Below, one piece after another: positions 33,951 through 41,927 of a stretch of DNA of 64,000 nucleotides. The stretch is from an uncultured bacterium (GTDB taxonomy: Bacteria > Poribacteria > WGA-4E > PCPOR2b). A program made the position numbers and the translations under genes. Within the stretch, counting starts at the first letter, position 1. Each line of letters opens with the position of its first letter. The notes below the pieces were generated by a model. The model was not told the origin of the DNA, did not search any database, and worked only from the letters and a program-made list of their open reading frames with translations. The stretch covers positions 177,511-241,510 of the forward strand of contig CAZOAL010000006.1 in assembly GCA_964577695.1 (NCBI GenBank), given 5' to 3'.

Positions 33951-34256
33951 TTGAAAGAGATGCCAAGAAGCAGAATTGAGCGCATCAGAGAGAAGGTTCG
34001 ACGGCGGCAGCACGATATGTCGGCTCATTCGATGGAAGAAATGGCTGAAGACGGCTTAGACATTGAGGATGTTGAGCGAGCCATTCTCAACGGGCGTATT
34101 GCCAGAATTGAAAGAGACGATCCAAGAGGAACGAAATATGTTGTGGAAGGCATTGGAGCAGATGGGTTGACTCCCGTCGGGAGTGTTGGCCGTTTCACCA
34201 GTACCGGACGCTATTTGATTATCACAGTTTATGAGATCTCCACCCTTGAGGATTAA
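33951..34256 (+). CDS. DUF4258-family protein (toxin-like)
   Basis: HA.ERM.ERGI-like N-terminal region; weak recognition; paired with the zinc-finger protein downstream. Confidence 0.4.
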   Translation: MKEMPRSRIERIREKVRRRQHDMSAHSMEEMAEDGLDIEDVERAILNGRIARIERDDPRGTKYVVEGIGADGLTPVGSVGRFTSTGRYLIITVYEISTLED

Positions 34257-34261
34257 AAACT

Positions 34262-34519
34262 ATGTACGGATATCGATGTGAATACTGCGAAGGCAAAGTG
34301 CAACCCCGACAGGTTGAACGTGAGGCATTTAAACATAAAAATGGCTTTGTTATTTTAGAAAATATCATTGTTGGTGTCTGTGATGTATGTGGAAATCGGT
34401 ATTACAGTGCTGACATACTGCACACGGTTCATGAGATTGCCACGGGCAAGCAGAAACCGGAACGAATAGAACAGATTCCTGTTGCTCGTTTGATACCAGC
34501 AAGTCCAGGCGTGAGCTAG
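34262..34519 (+). CDS. YgiT/MqsA-type zinc-finger protein (antitoxin-like)
   Basis: CEYCEG...CDVCGNRYYS two CxxC pairs. Confidence 0.5.
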   Translation: MYGYRCEYCEGKVQPRQVEREAFKHKNGFVILENIIVGVCDVCGNRYYSADILHTVHEIATGKQKPERIEQIPVARLIPASPGVS

Positions 34520-34586
34520 AGCTCGCTGTCCGTTGCACCGGATGTTATTCGCTTCAAACATCACACGTTACCTAAGGAGGTCGTAA

Positions 34587-34877
34587 ATGATGAAACCTGA
34601 AGAAAGAAAAACAACAGCAATAGACAGTGTCATTACATGCGATGACGAGATTCTGAGTGGCACACCTGTGTTCAGGAGAACTCGTGTGCCTATCAAAAAC
34701 CTGATTGATTATTTGGAAGCTGGTGATAGCCTTGACGACTTCTTGGATGACTTCCCTTCAGTCAACCGTGAACAAGCCATCCAAGCGTTGGAACTGGCAA
34801 AAGAGGCCCTCTTAACACAAGCCTATGCGAATTCTTATCGACGAGTGTCTGCCTACTCACCAAATCGTTCTCATTGA
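34587..34877 (+). CDS. DUF433-domain protein (second copy), aberrant C-terminal tail
   Basis: Resembles ORF 15234-15521; paired DUF5615 gene is truncated. Confidence 0.5.
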   Translation: MMKPEERKTTAIDSVITCDDEILSGTPVFRRTRVPIKNLIDYLEAGDSLDDFLDDFPSVNREQAIQALELAKEALLTQAYANSYRRVSAYSPNRSH

Positions 34878-34884
34878 ATCCTAA
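34825..34884 (+). pseudogene. DUF5615 N-terminal remnant (MRILIDECLPTHQIVLIES*), cut off at the direct repeat at 34880
   Basis: Matches the N-terminus MKLLMDENMP of the intact DUF5615 gene at 15523; stop lies inside CCTAACAAGG. Confidence 0.45.
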
Positions 34885-34910
34885 CAAGGCATTGCCGTTG
34901 ACGGTCCGAT
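34880..34910. repeat. direct repeat copy 2 (cctaacaaggcattgccgttgacggtccgat)
   Basis: See copy 1. Confidence 0.55.
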
Positions 34911-34921
34911 TCCCCCCTTCA

Positions 34922-35779
34922 TCACCACCGCGGCGGCGTTTCAACAAACTGCTGATAGTACCCCTCAATATTGGCTTCAGCGGCGTCGCCTTCGTGGATG
35001 AGGATGCGAAACCGTTGCGTCAAGCGTCCACCATGAGGAAGCTCGTACTTTTCCAGCAGCGTGAAATTCGTGAGAAATGTGCCGTAATTCCGCGTAAAAA
35101 AGGGCGATGGCGGATTCGATGGGTGGTTCATCAACGTAATCCCGACCTTTTTCCCTGCAACGACCCCGCTATAGTCCGTCCAATTCGCATACTGCCGCAT
35201 CGCTTCCTCTTCGTTGCGTTGCCCGTTCGAGTTCAGAATGGTCCCGCCATCTTCCACATCAATCGTATCGGCGACGCGCGCGCCCAGAAACGAATGGGTA
35301 TCCTGCCCAAATATCAGATCGGTCTGGCTGGCGATAAGCGTACTGGTCAGATCGATGATATGCGCCGCTTCGCCGGGGATGACCGTGAAGTTGCGCGCCT
35401 CGTCCAGCATATGAACTCCCTTCTTCGTAATCCAGCCGTTATGCGTCATGACGTGGATGCCGTTAGCGTCGATCTCATGCTCACTTCTTTCAAGAACGAT
35501 ATCCCCTTCATTCGGGCGGGTCGGATTGTTGTCGTGAAAAAAGTTAATCCCATTCACGTTGGCGTGCCCGATGAAAATCGATTTGTGGTGGTTGAAACGA
35601 TAGGCACTGGTACACGTCACTTCACATCCGCTGGGTGAATAGACGGGATAGAAGTCAGGACGCGACTTGTACATATCGCCGTAGCGGATACAGCCTTTGT
35701 TATAAGCGAGGAAAAATGTCTCGCCGTTATAGAATTTGAAACGGAGTTCTTCTTCAACAATTCTTGGGTTGATTGCCAT
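34922..35779 (-). CDS. PmoA-family / DUF6807-like protein
   Basis: FYPVYSPSGCEVT...NHHKSIFIGHANVNGINFF pattern. Confidence 0.45.
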   Translation of the reverse strand: MAINPRIVEEELRFKFYNGETFFLAYNKGCIRYGDMYKSRPDFYPVYSPSGCEVTCTSAYRFNHHKSIFIGHANVNGINFFHDNNPTRPNEGDIVLERSEHEIDANGIHVMTHNGWITKKGVHMLDEARNFTVIPGEAAHIIDLTSTLIASQTDLIFGQDTHSFLGARVADTIDVEDGGTILNSNGQRNEEEAMRQYANWTDYSGVVAGKKVGITLMNHPSNPPSPFFTRNYGTFLTNFTLLEKYELPHGGRLTQRFRILIHEGDAAEANIEGYYQQFVETPPRW

Positions 35780-35822
35780 GGGGATACTCCTTATTCAGGT
35801 TCAGGTTGACGCCGTGCTTTTG

Positions 35823-35938
35823 CTCATATTTTGTGAGACTTCCGAAGTTTGATACGATACTTTTGCTGAATCGGTTTTTCATGGTTTCGCATCGTCTGAG
35901 TTCACCTCGCGTATTGAAACTTCGGAAGTCTGGGTCTC
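35823..35938. mobile_element. MITE-like repeat family C, copy 1 (tgagacttccgaagtttga ... ttgaaacttcggaagtctgggtctca)
   Basis: 19-bp terminal inverted repeats; shared core tttgctgaatc.gtttttcatggtttcgcatcgtct with the copy at 49479. Confidence 0.65.
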
Positions 35939-35989
35939 ACTTTTGCTTATAACTGAAAAAGTCGTAAGCATTCATCGTTTTGTCAAAAG

Positions 35990-36313
35990 TCAATCGGGAT
36001 GGGCATCTGACTCCGATTGAGGTTCATCATAGCTAACGATTTCCCCGGTGGTTGGGTCAAAGATGGCCCCGTAACTCCCCGGTGCTGCAAAATCCACATC
36101 GGTCTGCATTGCCAAGTGGGTATTCGCGTCCAGCAAATAGTAGTATCCGCAGTACCGGTGAGCGGCGTCCTCGATCCGTTTGACGTGGTAGCAGTGGCTA
36201 TGAAACTGGATGGTGTTATCGTAGATGATGATAAACCGATCACCGAACAGGCTGTGGGCAATTTGATTGATAAGGAATGGGTCAATTTTGGGGGATAGGG
36301 TCGCGTCCGTCAA
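35990..36313 (-). CDS. hypothetical protein
   Basis: ORF only. Confidence 0.35.
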   Translation of the reverse strand: MTDATLSPKIDPFLINQIAHSLFGDRFIIIYDNTIQFHSHCYHVKRIEDAAHRYCGYYYLLDANTHLAMQTDVDFAAPGSYGAIFDPTTGEIVSYDEPQSESDAHPD

Positions 36314-36314
36314 A

Positions 36315-36425
36315 TCCTACAAACCTCCGTTTTGAGACCAGGAAGGAAGGGAAGAAGGGAAGGATGGAAGGAGGCAATCTTCCATCCTTCCTTTCACGTT
36401 TCACGCATCACGCATCACGTTTCTA
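36315..36425. repeat. hairpin repeat with GGAAGG-unit arms plus CACGTTT/CACGCAT heptamers
   Basis: Seen in sequence. Confidence 0.55.
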
Positions 36426-38132
36426 CTCCCGCGTCAGAATGAGCGTGTCAATCCGGCGATTCTTATCCCTGCCAGCCGGCGTGCTGTTATCTGCAATTGG
36501 GTGTGATTCACCTAAACCGACAGCGGTCATCCGTGACGCCGGCACCCCACATTTTCGGGAGAGGTATTTCATAAAGCCGTTCGCACGCTTCTCCGTCAAT
36601 CTGAGATTCGTATCGGAATCCCCAGAGCTGTCGCTATGCCCCTCAATACGGACTTTGTAATCGGCATACGTTTTGATAATCTCAGCCAATTGCCCCAGCA
36701 TTGGGAAGTATTTGGGGGTAATTTCCGAAGCCCCCGGCGCAAAAAGATTACCGCTGAAACGAATCAATATCCCTTTCGGGTTGCGCTCTGTTTCCGCATC
36801 CGGAATGGCTTTGGCGGCGTTGAGAATACGAGTTTCAATCGTTTCAATCTTTTGGGCTTTCTCAATTGCCTGCGTTATCAGTGCAGCGCTCTGTTCCGCT
36901 AAGGTGATAGCGCGTTCATAGTTCCCATCGGCTAAGGCACTTTTGGCATTCGCCAGCGATGCTTTCGCCTGTTCGTAGGTTCCAGGCATAAAGATTGGGG
37001 CTTGCGTTCTCGCTTCTCGGTTGACCCCTTCTTCAGCCTTAAAGATTGCATCTTTGGCGTGAGCTATCTTTTCCTCCCTTGCTTCCCTTTCGAGACGTTG
37101 CTTTTCTGCGACTTCGGCAATGGCGTAAGCCTCACGCGCACTGGTTCCGGCTTGCGCGGCTAACTGCAATGCCTGGTCATACTGTTCCCCCTTCAATGCC
37201 ATATTTGCCTGTTCCAACGTGGACTTTGCACGTTGAAAAGGGGCCTCAGCATGCTTAAAGGCGTTCACCTTATCCGCCCGATCGATTTCAGCCTGCGCTT
37301 TTGTGACTGCCACTTTTGCGTTGGTGTATGCTTCGAGTTTTGCCGCTTGTACCTGATTGGTTGCGACATTCGTTCCAGCGATCGCCGCAATCCGAGCCGC
37401 AGTTGCCCGCTCTTCGGCTTGCGCCGCCGTCGCTTTGGCTTGATCGAAGTTATCCTGGTTGAGCAGGGACTTTGCTTGATCGATCAGGTTTTCAGCGGCT
37501 TTATAGTCGTTCACGGCATAAATGAGCGCTCTGGCATCCTTGGCGGCGTCGAGTACCAGTTGGGCCTTCCCGATTGCCAATTGCGTCTGAGACCTGAATA
37601 GGGCTTTTTGCGCCTCAACCCTTGCCGCATCCGCTTCGGCTTGAGCAACCATGGCACGCTGATCGGCGCGGGTAGCTCTAGCTACAGCGCGGTTTGCACG
37701 TTCCTCCGCGATGGTCTGACGATTTTGGGAGGCTTGAACCTTATATTCCATCTCCTGAATGATCGCTTTCGATATCTCCTCGTGCGCCAGGTCAATCCGC
37801 TGTTGAGCAATCTGTCGACGTGCCTCTGCTTCTGCAATCTGCGCCTCCATCTGTGACTGAAATGCCAATTCCAAACTTTTAACGCCGTCCCCTGCCTGTT
37901 GGGCTTGCTGCGCCTCCTGTAGCAAGTTGACTGCCTTCGCCATCTGTTCCTTGGCATAGTCTTCGGCTTGTGACCGCCTCGCGTTTGAAATTGCGTTTTG
38001 GGCATCGCGCTGGCTCGGTTCTAGCAGGATTGGATCGATTTTTCCTGCACATCCGATCGATATTCCCAGGAGCGCCAGCAAGCCCGGCACCCATGTCAAT
38101 CGATTCAACTGCATGATATATGTTCCCTTCAA
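36423..38132 (-). CDS. OmpA-family lipoprotein with a long coiled-coil N-terminal region
   Basis: Lipobox LGISIGC; C-terminal OmpA_C motif (GHSDSSGDSDTNLRLTEKRA...). Confidence 0.75.
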   Translation of the reverse strand: MKGTYIMQLNRLTWVPGLLALLGISIGCAGKIDPILLEPSQRDAQNAISNARRSQAEDYAKEQMAKAVNLLQEAQQAQQAGDGVKSLELAFQSQMEAQIAEAEARRQIAQQRIDLAHEEISKAIIQEMEYKVQASQNRQTIAEERANRAVARATRADQRAMVAQAEADAARVEAQKALFRSQTQLAIGKAQLVLDAAKDARALIYAVNDYKAAENLIDQAKSLLNQDNFDQAKATAAQAEERATAARIAAIAGTNVATNQVQAAKLEAYTNAKVAVTKAQAEIDRADKVNAFKHAEAPFQRAKSTLEQANMALKGEQYDQALQLAAQAGTSAREAYAIAEVAEKQRLEREAREEKIAHAKDAIFKAEEGVNREARTQAPIFMPGTYEQAKASLANAKSALADGNYERAITLAEQSAALITQAIEKAQKIETIETRILNAAKAIPDAETERNPKGILIRFSGNLFAPGASEITPKYFPMLGQLAEIIKTYADYKVRIEGHSDSSGDSDTNLRLTEKRANGFMKYLSRKCGVPASRMTAVGLGESHPIADNSTPAGRDKNRRIDTLILTRE

Positions 38133-38561
38133 TTAAGGTTCAGGGGTTGACTTCAATTGTTCCAACTCGCTTTCTGCTTGTTTTAACTCACGGGCTGCCG
38201 CTTCCACAGCCTGCCCTTTTAATTCGAGTTCCTGCTCGACTTTGTGGGCTTGTTCCTCCATTCGACTGGCGGCAGCAACCGCTTCAGCAACTCTGGCTTT
38301 GAGGTAGGAACGCTTACCCAACCGATACGCATCCTTCTCTTTTCCAGCGTTCAGCGCCGTTTCTGCCTGAGAGAGCCACTGTTCAGCATCTGCCATCTCT
38401 GGATTCGCCAGATTGAGGGCATCAGCCGCTTTTGCGGAAGTAATCTTTGCTCTGGCGTCGTCAATGATTCCAGTAGCAAGCTGGCTTGATGTTCCGCACC
38501 CTAGGCTTGTCAGGACGATAATCAAGCTGAAACTTGTAAAGACCAGCCATTTTTTCATCAA
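38133..38561 (-). CDS. DUF4398-like lipoprotein
   Basis: Lipobox LTSLGC; helical Ala/Glu-rich; adjacent to the OmpA gene, as is typical. Confidence 0.5.
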   Translation of the reverse strand: MMKKWLVFTSFSLIIVLTSLGCGTSSQLATGIIDDARAKITSAKAADALNLANPEMADAEQWLSQAETALNAGKEKDAYRLGKRSYLKARVAEAVAAASRMEEQAHKVEQELELKGQAVEAAARELKQAESELEQLKSTPEP

Positions 38562-38719
38562 ACCTCTCCTGAAGATTATTCTGAATGTTTCAAAACCGCT
38601 TCAAATCGCTTGCTTGGAAGTATATCACAGGTTGCAAAATTTTACAACGAAGGAATAGCAGCAAACCACTTTGTAAATTCCCAGATGCTCAGATTCGTTG
38701 AGGAAAAGAGCAGCACGCA

Positions 38720-39406
38720 TCATTTTCTCTCCTGCTCATCGGTCCCCTTTTTCTCTTTTTCCTGCTGTTCCTCCTCATCCATCTGCGCTAACATTCGCTT
38801 GGGCAGGTCATAATCGGGGCGCATGCGTAACGCCTGGTGGAACAATTCTCGCGCTTTCTCATAATCCTTAAGCGCACAATAAACGCAACCGAGGTTGTGG
38901 ATGAGTTCGGGGGGACAATCCTCATCTAACTGGAAGACCATTTCGAGGTCTTCCTTTGCTTTCTCCATCTGTTCGGTGGAAGCATAAGCCGTTCCCCGGA
39001 TGGTGCGAAGTTTGAGATTCTCCTCATCCATCGCTAAACCGATGTCTGCCTCCTTGATTGATTTTTTATACTGCCCCTTCGCCGCAAGTTTCGCAGATTT
39101 CTGGACCTGTTCCTCGACCAAGATTTCGGTTAGTACACTCGCATCCAGCATCAGTACCTGCCCCTTTGGCTGCACGATGGCTTCTTCCATGGAAATAATT
39201 TTGGTTTCAAACCGTAGCTGAAGTTGCATCCGTCGTTCCAACAATTTCGGATTCGCGGTAACAAAAACGCCTTCCCGCTTTTCAAAGGCGCAGGAGATAT
39301 AGCACGCAAGGCTATCCTGGCCATACTTGTCAAGGAATCGACCACGAAACTTTTCGTCAAACTCCTCCTTTGTGAAAAGACCACGCTCAATGGCAGCCTG
39401 GTACAT
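38720..39406 (-). CDS. TPR-repeat protein (start taken at MYQAAIERG; the upstream in-frame stretch overlaps a repeat element)
   Basis: C-terminal TPR-like helices (LGCVYCALKDYEKARELFHQAL). Confidence 0.5.
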   Translation of the reverse strand: MYQAAIERGLFTKEEFDEKFRGRFLDKYGQDSLACYISCAFEKREGVFVTANPKLLERRMQLQLRFETKIISMEEAIVQPKGQVLMLDASVLTEILVEEQVQKSAKLAAKGQYKKSIKEADIGLAMDEENLKLRTIRGTAYASTEQMEKAKEDLEMVFQLDEDCPPELIHNLGCVYCALKDYEKARELFHQALRMRPDYDLPKRMLAQMDEEEQQEKEKKGTDEQERK

Positions 39407-39539
39407 CTCTTCCCTTCGGGCTTCAATCGATAGGTATTGATTGCCGTTACCCGAATGCTTGCCATTTCCAGCAGAGGATATCAAATTTCGTATTACTGAT
39501 AAATTCTTCAATTTGTTTTCTCCTATTCTTGTGTTATCA

Positions 39540-39655
39540 CATGAAACGTAAAACGTAAAACGTGATGGAGGACTGGAAGATTGGAGGCTTGTCTTTACCC
39601 ATCCTTCCGTTCCTTCCATTCTTCCTTCTTTTACATTCTTCCATCTTTTACCCCG
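39540..39655. repeat. hairpin repeat: (ACGTAAA)x2 heptamers followed by GGAAGG-unit arms
   Basis: Seen in sequence. Confidence 0.55.
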
Positions 39656-39667
39656 TCACGGCTGTAC

Positions 39668-40477
39668 CTAATTGTTGAGCGTCCAATCGTAATCGAGATA
39701 CTTCACCTGTATCCCTTCCTGTTTGATAAATGCCGCATCCGCTTGGGACATATAGACTGCAATGAAATCGATTACGTTGTCAGCCCGCTCTTCAAAGTCC
39801 TCCGCATACCACTCAAAAATTTTGGAGAGGTATAGCACGCGGTCGGGGTGCTCTAAACGCACCTTTTCCGGGTTATTGATAAAGTTCCTCGTGGCGTTTT
39901 CCAGTTGTTCCTCAAGGGTATCGGGCAGAAACGCCCGATTCTCCAATTGAGGGCACCCTTTCGACGCACAAACCAGCGCAAAGTGGATACGCGGTTCATA
40001 AAATTTGGCTCTGATGATGCCGTGTTCGATATCATTCAAGGTGTAGCTGTGTCCGCCAACCTGGTATATAATACGTCTAAAGAAACCACCAAGCGGCTTA
40101 ATTCTACGGACACTTGGGGTCGGATAATGATCAATCACGCCCTTGATTGTCAGGGCATTGTAGGCGTTAATCCAGAACGCGAGTTTATCCTGGCGTGTTG
40201 GCAAATTGTCTGGAGATGTCACAGCGAGCTGATCTAAGTAAGATTCTAACGCTTGTGAATCTTTTTTCAGCGCGGCGTAGTTGACCCGCCCTTGTGAATC
40301 GACATATTGTCGCAAGACCTGATCGAACTGGTCGTGACTGAACGCATCAGCAGCAGTAGGGGAAACCGCTCTCCCCACGCGCTCGTCGCGTTCAACCCGA
40401 TTCCAATACAGAAAACTTGCGCCAATCACACATAAGATGAGTAAAATTCCGATGAGTAAACGCATGCCTGATTTCAT
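39668..40477 (-). CDS. DUF547-domain protein
   Basis: KLAFWINAYNALTIKGVIDHYP motif. Confidence 0.65.
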   Translation of the reverse strand: MKSGMRLLIGILLILCVIGASFLYWNRVERDERVGRAVSPTAADAFSHDQFDQVLRQYVDSQGRVNYAALKKDSQALESYLDQLAVTSPDNLPTRQDKLAFWINAYNALTIKGVIDHYPTPSVRRIKPLGGFFRRIIYQVGGHSYTLNDIEHGIIRAKFYEPRIHFALVCASKGCPQLENRAFLPDTLEEQLENATRNFINNPEKVRLEHPDRVLYLSKIFEWYAEDFEERADNVIDFIAVYMSQADAAFIKQEGIQVKYLDYDWTLNN

Positions 40478-40651
40478 GATGAATAAGCCTCTGGTTCGGC
40501 AGAAGCCGAACCCTCGCATCTGAACGGTTACATTTTAACAGCATACGGATCGTGCGCCTGCGAATCAATTCGCAGGCTAAAACAGACGACTTGAGTTTTT
40601 AGCCCCCCGAGGGAGCGGGGCAGGCCGATCTTGAGATAAGGGCTAACGGAG

Positions 40652-40780
40652 GGATGGTCATCATTCGCCGACGGTTGAGTTGTAGCCCAAGATTCTATCT
40701 TGGCCCCTTACGCAAGGGCCAAGTTAGAAACTTGGGCTACGATTGCCTCCCCTGGGAATTATGACCAACCCTCAACTAAC
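40652..40780. mobile_element. MITE-like repeat family B, copy 3
   Basis: ggatggtcatcattcg...gttgtagcccaagattctatcttggcc...ggccaagttagaaacttgggctac...gaattatgaccaacc. Confidence 0.6.
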
Positions 40781-41074
40781 GTTTTGTACATCAACCGGAC
40801 GACGAAACCGGAGGGGGCTCTCGACGAAGTCATAGATACAGGGTCCCCTGCCAACTTCGTCCTCTTTCTGCCCACCCACGCGGTAAACTTCTCCCAAATC
40901 TTTGCTTGCAATCACGACCTCCTTATCCATAATAGCAATCCACATATCGGGATATTTCTGAACCAACTCCGTATAGTTTTCCAACAGCCACCTGGTATCG
41001 TCGGTGTACCGTTTGGGGAAAATGAGCGATTCAGAGGAATTTTTCGGGGGTTTAGTGTCAGGCATCTGATTCAT
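40772..41074 (-). CDS. DUF5678-like small protein (second copy)
   Basis: MWIAIMDKEVVIASKDLGEV resembles the ORF at 14875. Confidence 0.4.
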   Translation of the reverse strand: MNQMPDTKPPKNSSESLIFPKRYTDDTRWLLENYTELVQKYPDMWIAIMDKEVVIASKDLGEVYRVGGQKEDEVGRGPCIYDFVESPLRFRRPVDVQNVS

Positions 41075-41171
41075 CTCCTTTCATTTTCTGGGATTCATTT
41101 TCTTCTTCATCCGTGTCATCACTTCGTGCAACTCAGTGCAGGCTCTAAAGATCCGTGTTCTATAATTCATC

Positions 41172-41927
41172 CTATCGGGAAATACTGGAGGACGAGGCGC
41201 AACGAAAACCAACACTGTCGCTCGCGTCCGAGGGCTCGTCCCAGCCGCGGTAGTCGACGCGCACGGTGCCGAAGATGTGGCGCCACGAGCCGCCGCGAGA
41301 GACACGCACTGTTTTAACGTTAGTGAAATCATTATTAACAAATGATATCCTCCCCCCTGCCACGGGGTTGCTCTGAGGGCTCTTTGAGTAGAAGCCGGAG
41401 TCGTACTCATCTTGGCACCACTCCCAGACGTTCCCCGCCATGTCATACAAGCCGTAGCCATTCGGTGGATATTTGCCAACAGAGGTTGTGTCACGGATCT
41501 TGTCACCGTAGTTCGCTTTGCTGGAATCGATCGCATCCCCCCACGGATACTGTTTGCCGACCAGGCCGCCCCGCGCCGCCTTCTCCCACTCTGCCTCCGT
41601 CGGCAGGCGTTTCCCCACCCACTGGGCGTAGGCGGCGGCTGCGTACCAACTGACATAGACAACAGGGTGATTCCCTTTGCCGCTCGGATAGTCGTTCCAC
41701 TCCCAATGTCTGAGATACCTTCCATCGTGATATTCTCTCGGAATGACATCTTTTCGCCACTGCGGGTTCGCATCAATAAACGCTTTGAACTGGACGTTGG
41801 TGACTTCATATTTATTGATGTAGAACGCATCGAGGTAGACCGTATGTACAGGATTTTCATCGCTACTGCCATGGTTGCTATTTACCGCTGCCCGCGGAGG
41901 TACCTGCGTGGGACTATTGTCTGGGGT
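41172..41927 (-). pseudogene. formylglycine-generating-enzyme (FGE-sulfatase) family domain lacking any in-frame start codon and signal peptide; abuts the upstream DUF1553 gene
   Basis: Frame reads ...HTVYLDAFYINKYEVTNVQF...WYAAAAYAQWVGKRLPTEAEWEKAARGG...; no ATG, GTG or TTG between the upstream stop and the domain. Confidence 0.55.

Noticed and set aside
38720-39619. Full 299-aa extent of ORF 38720-39619
   Set aside because: The first roughly 70 codons translate a GGAAGG/heptamer repeat element. The start was moved to the internal MYQAAIERG at 39406.
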